Assembly (NCBI GenBank): GCA_003133025.1
Contig: PKZK01000008.1
Coordinates: 1-9,831, forward strand
Source: Vulcanimicrobiota bacterium
Lineage (GTDB): Bacteria; Vulcanimicrobiota; Vulcanimicrobiia; Vulcanimicrobiales; Vulcanimicrobiaceae
Direction: 5' to 3'
DNA: 9,831 nt
Positions 1 to 6,473 of this stretch are shown piece by piece; the first letter of the stretch is position 1; every line of letters starts with the position of its first letter. Under the pieces are notes generated by a model. That model worked only from the letters and a program-made list of their open reading frames with translations, had not been told where the DNA came from and did no database searches. The position numbers were made by a program, and so were the translations under genes.

Positions 1-1380
1 GCCGGCGGCGGCCTGACCGGTGCGTTCCACGAGTGGGCAGACGGCGACCGGCACCGCGTCGATCAAAATCTCGGGCCGCGTTTCGAATCGACCTGGCAAC
101 TCGGCTCGCGCGTCTTCGCGCGCGATTCCGACGGCGACGTGCGCGAATTCACCGGCGTCCTGCTGCGGCGCGAGCGCACCGACGACTTCGTCGAATCGGG
201 CGCGTTCGCCAAAGCGCCCGACCGCTGCGTCGCGCGCGGGCAGAGCACGATCGAGGGTCGCAGCGCGTACGCGCTCGACGTGACCGCGCCGGGCGGCGAT
301 ACGGAAACGGTGTACCTCGACGCACAGACGTGGCTACCGCTGCGCTATGTGTACGATGAAGACGACGGTCAGGTGACGGTCGATCTCTCCGATTGGCGCT
401 CGGTCGCAGGCCGGCGCTTCGCGTACCACGTCGTCGGCTCCAACGGCGATCACGACTTCGACCAGATCGAGCGGCTGACGTCGGTGAAATCGGGAACGTC
501 GTTGCCCGCGTCGCTCTTCGCGGTGCCGCCGTCGCATACGATCGAGATGAGGGCGCCGCAGACCGTGTCGCTCGTCTCGCGCGAGGGACATCTCTTCGTG
601 CCCGTGACGCTCGCGGGCAAGACGTACTCGTTCATGCTCGATTCCGGTTCGCAGAGCATCGTCGTCGACAATCGCGTCGCGCGCGCGGCGCACCTCAGCG
701 GCGTGGGCAGCCTCGAAGTGGCCGGCACGCAACGCATGGGCGGCCTGAAGCTCGCGCGCTTGGACCAACTTGGGATCGGTGACGGAACGCTGCACAACGT
801 GGTGGTGACCACGCTGGATCTGGCGGGCGCTTCCGGCGGCGCCTTCAAGATCGACGGCATTCTCGGCTATACGTTCTTCGCGCAGTCGCTGGTGGAGATC
901 GACGGCGGCGCGCTGCGCATGCGCTTCGGACCGCCGGGTTCGTTCGCGCCGCGCGGGGCGCGCGTGGCGGTCGATGTCGACCGCGCGATTCCCGAAGCGA
1001 GGCTGCAGATCAACGGCAACGTCGCCGGTTCGTTTCTGATCGACACGGGCAACTCGGGCGACCTGCTGCTCTACCACCGCTTTCTCGACAATCATCCGGG
1101 CTTGGTTGCGGTGACGCAAAACCGGCGCAGCAGTTTCGGCGTGGGCGGCGCGACCGCGTCGTATCACACCAGCCTCGATCAGTTGCAACTCGGCGATGCG
1201 ACGCTGCACCATGCCGATGCCGATGTGATGGAGGGCACGAGCGGCGCCTTCGCCGACCGCTTCGATGCGGGCAACGTCGGCTTCGGCGTGCTGAAGAATT
1301 TCACGGTCACCTTCGATCTCGCGCAGCGCGCGCTTTATCTCGAGCGCGGGCCCAATTTCGACGACGGTCGCTACCGCTGA
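1..1380 (+). CDS. Aspartyl protease family protein with two retropepsin-like domains; 5' end lies outside the window
   Basis: Frame 1 is open from base 1 (AGGGLTGAFHEW...) to TGA at 1380, so the ORF-track start at 139 is internal. There are two clan AA catalytic motifs: FMLDSGS (Asp codon at 640) with a downstream DGILG, and FLIDTGN (Asp codon at 1042) with a downstream AGNVG. No C-terminal PDZ domain follows. Confidence 0.85.
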   Translation, partial: AGGGLTGAFHEWADGDRHRVDQNLGPRFESTWQLGSRVFARDSDGDVREFTGVLLRRERTDDFVESGAFAKAPDRCVARGQSTIEGRSAYALDVTAPGGDTETVYLDAQTWLPLRYVYDEDDGQVTVDLSDWRSVAGRRFAYHVVGSNGDHDFDQIERLTSVKSGTSLPASLFAVPPSHTIEMRAPQTVSLVSREGHLFVPVTLAGKTYSFMLDSGSQSIVVDNRVARAAHLSGVGSLEVAGTQRMGGLKLARLDQLGIGDGTLHNVVVTTLDLAGASGGAFKIDGILGYTFFAQSLVEIDGGALRMRFGPPGSFAPRGARVAVDVDRAIPEARLQINGNVAGSFLIDTGNSGDLLLYHRFLDNHPGLVAVTQNRRSSFGVGGATASYHTSLDQLQLGDATLHHADADVMEGTSGAFADRFDAGNVGFGVLKNFTVTFDLAQRALYLERGPNFDDGRYR

Positions 1381-1382
1381 GC

Positions 1383-1442
1383 GTAACGCCGGCGTAACAT
1401 TCCGGTCACGGCGCGGGCACGCCGCGCGACTACGGTGTCGCT
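1383..1442 (+). promoter_or_regulatory. Putative promoter of the export cluster: four GnnAC direct repeats at 11-bp period plus a -10-like TACGGT
   Basis: GTAAC at 1383, GTAAC at 1394, GTCAC at 1405 and GGCAC at 1416 are followed by 10 nt, TACGGT (1431-1436), 6 nt and GTG at 1443. The same geometry recurs upstream of fliQ. Confidence 0.5.
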
Positions 1443-2036
1443 GTGAGGGACACCGTGAACGCAGACACCGCCCGCAGCATTGCCGTCATCCGTACGCGGC
1501 TGCCGTACACCGACCGGCGCGCGCTCTCGGAAGCGTGGTATAGCGCGCTCGGCTTACACGACGCGCAAGGAGCCCCGGCGCATTCGTTCGCGCCGGGTTT
1601 CGCACCGGGTGAGAACGTCGCGAGCGCGCGCCCGGCGCGCGGCTCGACCGCGCACGTTTCCGCCGGTACCCCGATGATCGAGGGCCTGCGCGCGCGCTCG
1701 CCGCGCGCATCCGCCGAAAAGCACGAAGCCGCCGTACCCGCTACGGCGGCGCACCGTGAGAAGCGGGCTCCGGCGACGGCGGCGGCCGCGAGCGCGGCGC
1801 GCACGCTGCGGTATCCGCCGATGCATGCCGCCTTCCGGCTGGAACTCGACGGCGGGCGCGTGCACGTCGTCGTGCGCCGCGAAGGCGCGGTGCTGCACGT
1901 CGTCGCGCTGTGCAGCGAGCGGCACGTCGAACGCGTGCGCCGCGCCCTCGGCCTCGCGGCCGAACACCTGCGGTTGCGTGGCGAACTGCTCTCCGCCGAC
2001 GTTCGCGCCTTCGCAAAGACGGAGGGCGCGGCATGA
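1443..2036 (+). CDS. Hypothetical protein, probable divergent FliK/SctP-like hook-length control protein
   Basis: An Ala/Pro/Arg-rich low-complexity middle precedes a C-terminal beta-beta-beta-alpha pattern (AAFRLELDGGRVHVVVRREGAVLHVVALCSERHVERVRRALGLAAEHLRLRG) that resembles the FliK C-terminal domain. It has an ATGA overlap with the next gene. An alternative start is GTG 1455, after GAGGGA. Confidence 0.5.
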   Translation: MRDTVNADTARSIAVIRTRLPYTDRRALSEAWYSALGLHDAQGAPAHSFAPGFAPGENVASARPARGSTAHVSAGTPMIEGLRARSPRASAEKHEAAVPATAAHREKRAPATAAAASAARTLRYPPMHAAFRLELDGGRVHVVVRREGAVLHVVALCSERHVERVRRALGLAAEHLRLRGELLSADVRAFAKTEGAA

Positions 2037-2746
2037 TCCCCGATGCTTCCGCCGCCGCATTGCAGCGCATCGCGCAGCGCGCCGACGAATTGCGCCACGC
2101 CTATCGACCCGGTTTCGAGCCGGCCGATGCGCGCGGTCCGCGCTCCACGCACGCCGTCGCTTCGCTCGATCCGTTGAGCGTTGCCGCACCGCCCGAGTGC
2201 TGGTTTGCGTTCGCGACCGCCGCCGGCGTACGCTACGGCCGCGACGGCGGCTTCAGCCTGGCCGACGGAACGCTGCGGGCTCGTGACGGCGCCGGCGTGC
2301 TCGGCCTCGCGCCGGGTGCGACGGCGCTCGGGCCCTTGCGCGTCGACGCCGTCGACGCGGCGCTGGGGCGGGTTGCCGATGCGCGCGTGGATGCCGACGG
2401 CACGCTTTCGTACCTGCGCGTCGCGCTCGATCCGCGCAGCGGCGCACGGCGCAGCGAGCGCGTGGAGGTCGGGCGCATCGCGCTCGCCCGTTTTCCGGCC
2501 GGCACCGAAGCAACGCGCGTTGACGCGGAGCACGTGGGCGCACCGCCGGGCGTCGCACCGCGTTACGGCCGGCCCGGCGATGCCGACTTTCCGGCGCTCC
2601 GTCCGTTCGCACGCGACCTCGGCGCGATCGATCCGCAGAGCGGCGTGCGCCGCTTGCAAGAAGCGTATCTATCGTTCGAAGCGCTGCAAGCCGCCGAACG
2701 GCAACGGCGCGGTTTCGATCGCGTGGCGGGAGATTTGATCAAGTGA
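2033..2746 (+). CDS. Divergent flagellar basal-body rod/hook family protein (FlgF/FlgG-like), 237 aa
   Basis: GGAGG (2021-2025) precedes ATG 2033. AYRPGF resembles NTPGF, and LDPLSVAAPPECWF...GVRYGRDGGFSLADGTL resembles the NPLDxAIxGxGFF...RYTRxGxFxxDxxGxL motif. VGRIALARF is also present. The C-terminal helix AIDPQSGVRRLQEAYLSFEALQ resembles SNVDxxxEMxxLIxAQRxYEANQ. Confidence 0.75.
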   Translation: MIPDASAAALQRIAQRADELRHAYRPGFEPADARGPRSTHAVASLDPLSVAAPPECWFAFATAAGVRYGRDGGFSLADGTLRARDGAGVLGLAPGATALGPLRVDAVDAALGRVADARVDADGTLSYLRVALDPRSGARRSERVEVGRIALARFPAGTEATRVDAEHVGAPPGVAPRYGRPGDADFPALRPFARDLGAIDPQSGVRRLQEAYLSFEALQAAERQRRGFDRVAGDLIK

Positions 2747-3525
2747 TCGTCGCGCTCGATTTCGGCAGCCCGGAGACCTTGCCCGACGGCCGGGCCGTGC
2801 GCCCCGCGCGTTTCGTCCCGCGCTCGAGCTTGCCGGCCTCGGCGGCGTGCCTGATCGCCAACGGCGCGCGCGAGCAACTCTCGCGACTCCTCGCGCTCGA
2901 TCTCGAAACGGAGGTGAGCGAACCGGCCGTGCTCGATGCGCGCGCGCGCACGGTGCTCTTCGCCGGAGGCTACGCGTATCGCGTGCGCGGCCACGGCTGC
3001 GATGCGTTCGTCGCGCTGCGCGCGAGCGAAGCCAAGCGGCTTGCCGCTGCGGCTTTCGGCGAACTCGACGTCTCCGGCGACGCCGCACTCTCGGTGCTCG
3101 AACGCGCGACGCTCGAACGTCTGGCGGCGGCCTTGACCGCGCTCTGCGCGCCGCTCTGCGGCGCGGTGCGCGCCGTGCAACCCGAATCGCCCGAGCGCGC
3201 CGCGCGCGAGAGCGAGACGTACTTCGAGGTGCGCACGGGCGGTCGCGTCGCGGCCTCGGTGGGTTTCGCCTTGACGCGCGACCCCGTCGAGCCGCCGCCG
3301 GGCGAACCGCTCACGCTCGAGGAGTTGGCCGAGGTCGAGATACCGTGCCGGGTCGAATTCGCGCGCGGCGCGCTCGACGTCGGCGCCTTCAGCCGCCTTG
3401 CGCCGCACGCGACCGTGGCGCTGGACACGCCGCTGGGCGCCAACGGTACGTTGTTCGCGGGCGATGCGCCCGTATTGCGCGGCGTCTGCGGCGCGCGCGA
3501 CGGGCGCAGCGCGTTCGCGGCATGA
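2743..3525 (+). CDS. Divergent FliM-like C-ring/switch protein with a C-terminal SpoA-type domain, 260 aa
   Basis: It lies directly before fliN, with 4-bp overlaps at both ends. ALSVLERATLERL resembles the FliM RxLTxIE helix. The C-terminal LAEVEIPCRVEFARGALDVGAFSRLAPHATVALD fits the FliM/FliN SpoA pattern. Confidence 0.65.
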   Translation: MIVALDFGSPETLPDGRAVRPARFVPRSSLPASAACLIANGAREQLSRLLALDLETEVSEPAVLDARARTVLFAGGYAYRVRGHGCDAFVALRASEAKRLAAAAFGELDVSGDAALSVLERATLERLAAALTALCAPLCGAVRAVQPESPERAARESETYFEVRTGGRVAASVGFALTRDPVEPPPGEPLTLEELAEVEIPCRVEFARGALDVGAFSRLAPHATVALDTPLGANGTLFAGDAPVLRGVCGARDGRSAFAA

Positions 3526-3770
3526 ACGACGATCTGCTGCTCAACGTATCGCTCGCGCTCAGCGCCGAATTGGGCCGGCGCTCGATGCGTTTGGGCGAAC
3601 TGTTGAAGATCGGACCGGGTTCGGTGATCGAACTGGATCGCCGTGCGGACGCGCCCGTGGACTTGCTGGTCAACGGCCGGCTCGTGGCCCGCGGCGAGAT
3701 CGTGGCGGTCGACGAGCGCTACGGCGTGCGCATTACCGAGGTCGTCGCGCGCCGGGCGGGTCGCACGTGA
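3522..3770 (+). CDS. fliN: Flagellar motor switch protein FliN, minimal 82-aa form
   Basis: LLLNVSLALSAELGRRSMRLGELLKIGPGSVIELDRRADAPVDLLVNGRLVARGEIVAVDERYGVRITEV is a typical FliN core. ATG 3522 overlaps the upstream stop as ATGA. Confidence 0.93.
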   Translation: MNDDLLLNVSLALSAELGRRSMRLGELLKIGPGSVIELDRRADAPVDLLVNGRLVARGEIVAVDERYGVRITEVVARRAGRT

Positions 3771-4304
3771 ATCCCAATGCGCTGCCGCTCGACGCGCTGA
3801 CGGGTCTCACGCTGCTCGGCGCGGCGCCGTTTCTCTTGGTGATGACGACGGCCTTCGTGCGCATCGTGGTCGTGCTCTCGCTCGTGCGCTCGGCGATCGG
3901 CGCGCCCGCGTTGCCGCCCAACGCCGCGCTCACCGGCCTCGCGCTCGTGCTGACCTTCGTGGTGATGTGGCCGACCTTCGAGCGCGTCTCACACGAGGCG
4001 CTCGCGCCCTACGCCGCCGGCCGCCTCAAGCCGGCGCAGACGGTCGCGCGGGCCTTCGTGCCGTTGCGAGCGTTCATGCTGCGCCAGACGCACGCCAAGG
4101 ATCTCGAGCTCTTCGAAAGGCTCGGTCGCGAACCGCACCGCACGGCCGCGAGCGAGCCGCCGGCGGTCGTGTTGCCGGCCTTCGTGGTCGGCGAGTTGCG
4201 CAGCGCCTTTGCGATCGGCTTCGCGCTGTATTTNNTTGCTGCTCTTCGTGATGGTCGACGGCTGGGCGCTCGTCTGCGGCGGTCTCGTCTCGAGTTTTCG
4301 TTAG
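3767..4304 (+). CDS. fliP: Type III export gate protein FliP, interrupted by an NN gap at 4234-4235
   Basis: PFLLVMTTAFVRIVVVLSLVRSAIG...PPN...GLALVLTFVVMWP and LPAFVVGELRSAFAIGFALY precede the NN. After it, another frame reads LLLFVMVDGWALVCGGLVSSFR* (TAG 4302-4304), the canonical FliP C-terminus. Confidence 0.93.
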
Positions 4305-4445
4305 TTTTGCTCGGTAGCATAATTGCCGGCTCGATGCGCTGCACGACGCCGCATGAGGGCACGGGTGACGATGGGTATTGCTGGAGGCCCTGGTGACGTT
4401 GCACCGGTAGGGCGATTCAGGGCCGCGCGTCGAAGTTTGCGCCGC

Positions 4446-5369
4446 ATGAAGATCGGCGACGAATTGGCCGAGCGCCGGCCCTGCTTCTCCTTCGAGTTCT
4501 TCGCGCCGCAGACCGACCAGGGCGTGGAGAATCTGATGGAGCGCGTGCGTGCGCTGCGCATCCTCAATCCGGCGTTCGTCTCGGTCACCTACGGCGCGGG
4601 CGGATCGAGCCGCGGGCGCACGCTCGATCTGGCCAAGCGCATCAAACGCGAACTCGACATCGAAGTGCTCGCGCACATCACCTGCGCCGATCACACGCGC
4701 GACGAACTGCGCTCCATCTTTCACGACTTGCACGCGGGCGGCATCGAGAACGTGCTGGCGCTGCGCGGCGATCCGCCTCGCGGCAGCGACGCGTTCGTCG
4801 CGCGCGAAGGCGGCTTTCGCTACGCGACCGATCTGATCGCGCTCGTACGCGACGAATTTTCCTTCGACATCGGGGCCGCCGGCTATCCGGAAAAGCATCC
4901 CGAGGCGGCGAGCCTCGACGCCGACATCGCCAACGCGCTGCGCAAGGTGCGCGCGGGCGCGCGCTTCCTCATCACGCAACTCTTTTTCGACAACGACTAC
5001 TACTTCGCGTACGTCAAGCGGGCACGGGCCGCGGGCATCGACGTGCCGATCTTGCCCGGCTTGATGCCGCTGACCTCGTACGAACAGATCGCGCGCATCA
5101 CGCGGATGTGCGGGGCGAGCATTCCGCCGAGCCTGCGCGCCGAACTGGAGTTTCGCGCCGAGGAGCCCCAAGCCGTCACCGATCTCGGCGTGGCCTACTG
5201 CACGCTGCAGTGCACCGAACTGCTGGCGCGCGGGGCGCCGGGCATCCACTTTTACACGCTGAATAAATCGCCCGCGACGCGCGCGGTCGTCTCGGCGCTC
5301 TTGGCTTCGCGCACTGCGTGGGACGTGCGCCTGCGCGGCCCGCTGGAAAGCGCGGGCGTGACGCTCTAG
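4446..5369 (+). CDS. metF: 5,10-methylenetetrahydrofolate reductase, 307 aa
   Basis: Motifs FSFEFFAP, FVSVTYGAGGS, AHITC, LALRGDPP, AGYPEKHPEA, ITQLFFD and GIHFYTLN are all present. ATG 4446 (MKIGD) gives a typical length, so the ORF-track start at 4323 is probably too early. Confidence 0.96.
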   Translation: MKIGDELAERRPCFSFEFFAPQTDQGVENLMERVRALRILNPAFVSVTYGAGGSSRGRTLDLAKRIKRELDIEVLAHITCADHTRDELRSIFHDLHAGGIENVLALRGDPPRGSDAFVAREGGFRYATDLIALVRDEFSFDIGAAGYPEKHPEAASLDADIANALRKVRAGARFLITQLFFDNDYYFAYVKRARAAGIDVPILPGLMPLTSYEQIARITRMCGASIPPSLRAELEFRAEEPQAVTDLGVAYCTLQCTELLARGAPGIHFYTLNKSPATRAVVSALLASRTAWDVRLRGPLESAGVTL

Positions 5370-5510
5370 CTACGCGGCGGGAAGTTCGGCTTCGGGGCCG
5401 GCGGCCGGCTCCGCCTTTTTGATGCGACGAATGTACGCGCGGATGCCGACGTAGAACGTCAGGATCGCCACGACGGCGAGTAAGGCGGTTCGAATCTCTT
5501 TGTAGGGCAA
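5370..5510 (-). CDS. Small single-pass membrane protein, 46 aa
   Basis: On the minus strand, GGAGG (5520-5516) lies 5 nt before TTG 5510. The product is MPYKEIRTALLAVVAILTFYVGIRAYIRRIKKAEPAAGPEAELPAA, with one hydrophobic helix followed by RRIKK. Its stop codon abuts the metF stop (TAG|CTA at 5367-5372). Confidence 0.6.
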   Translation of the reverse strand: MPYKEIRTALLAVVAILTFYVGIRAYIRRIKKAEPAAGPEAELPAA

Positions 5511-5546
5511 CGGTACCTCCGGCGCCACGCTTTCTCGCAGGGTGCG

Positions 5547-5606
5547 GCGACATCCCCGCATGCGCGTGGAAACATTGCGGCAACACCGCGAGCGTAGACT
5601 GCGGAC
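5547..5606 (+). promoter_or_regulatory. Putative leaderless promoter of fliQR-flhB with 11-bp-period GnnAC repeats
   Basis: GCGAC at 5547, a mismatch at 5558, GAAAC at 5569 and GCAAC at 5580 are followed by 10 nt, TAGACT (5595-5600), 6 nt and ATG 5607. There is no strong Shine-Dalgarno sequence. Confidence 0.5.
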
Positions 5607-5876
5607 ATGGATGCCCTGAGCCCGCTCGTGCGCGATGCGCTGCTGCTGACCGCGGTGCTCTGTCTGCCGTTGCTCGTGCTGGTGACCGCGGTCGGGACTG
5701 CGATCGCGATCCTGCAGGCGGCGACGCAGGTGCAGGAGCAGACGCTCACGCTGCTGCCCAAGCTGCTCGTTGCGGGCGTGATGGTCGCGGGCTGCGGCGC
5801 CTTCGCGTTGCACGCCTGCGCCGCGCTCTTCGCGGAGGCGGTCGTCGCTCTGCCCCAGATCGTCCGCGGCGCGTGA
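5607..5876 (+). CDS. fliQ: Type III export gate protein FliQ, 89 aa
   Basis: LPLLVLVTAVGTAIAILQAATQVQEQTLTLLPKLL matches the FliQ QAxTQIxEQTLxFxPK signature, and the length is typical. Confidence 0.93.
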   Translation: MDALSPLVRDALLLTAVLCLPLLVLVTAVGTAIAILQAATQVQEQTLTLLPKLLVAGVMVAGCGAFALHACAALFAEAVVALPQIVRGA

Positions 5877-6467
5877 ACGACGCGACGCTGCTGGTCTTCG
5901 CGCGTTGCGCGGGCTTCGCGTTTCGCGCGCCCGGCTTCTCGCATCCCGCCGTTCCGCCGCCGCTGCGCGCCGGCTTCGCCTTCGCATGTGCCCTCGCGCT
6001 GGCGCCGGCCGTTTCGTCGCATGCCGTCGTGCCCCGCGGCGCGGCGTTTCCGTTTGCGCTCGCGGCCGAAACGGCGCTCGGCGCGGCGCTGGGCACCGCG
6101 GCCTCNNTTTACGGCCGGCTTTTTCACGCTCGGCGGCGACAGGCTCGCGCTCGACGCGTTCGCGCAAGGCTTCGTCGCGATCCCGCCCGGCGCGCTCGCG
6201 ACCGCGCCGCAACTCGGCCTCTTCGCGCTCGCGCTGCCGGGCGTGTTGGTGCACGCGGCGCTGTTCATCGGGGGTCCGGCGTTCGCGTGCGCCTTCGCCG
6301 GGCAGATCGCGCTTGCGGCGCTGGCGCGCGTGGTGCCGCGACTCGCGCCGTTTACGCTGTCGTTCGGCGTGGCGTTCGCCTTCGCGCTCGCGGCCACGTT
6401 GCTGAGCTTGCCCGCCATCGTGCCCGCGGCCGCGCGTCCGTGGCTCGTGCCGCTCGGGCCGCACTGA
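5873..6467 (+). CDS. fliR: Type III export gate protein FliR, divergent and interrupted by an NN gap at 6106-6107
   Basis: The N-terminal part reads LLVFARCAGFAFRAPGFSHPAVPPPLR...ETALGAALG. After the NN, another frame reads FFTLGGDRLALDAFAQGFVAIPPG...ALAALARVVPRLAPFTLSFG to TGA 6467. The gene lies between fliQ and flhB. Confidence 0.87.
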
Positions 6468-6473
6468 CTCGCG

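Noticed and set aside
1381..1455. A sigma28 or sigma54 flagellar promoter
   Set aside because: There is no TAAA-n15-GCCGATAA. GGCACG at 1416-1421 lacks a correctly spaced TTGC -12 element.
2847..3770. The 307-aa ORF as a long FliN/FliY
   Set aside because: The upstream part is Arg-rich out-of-frame translation of the FliM-like gene. FliN homology begins at ATG 3522.
3398..4396. The 332-aa ORF as an extended FliP, and programmed frameshifts or pseudogenisation in fliP and fliR
   Set aside because: The real start is GTG 3767. The frame changes fall exactly on NN characters, and the true C-termini are present in other frames.
4305..4445. A canonical SAM-I, SAM-II or SAH riboswitch before metF
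   Set aside because: GATGCGCTGCA loosely recalls the SAH motif, but the downstream complementary elements are absent and no SAM-I core was found. It was not called as a feature.
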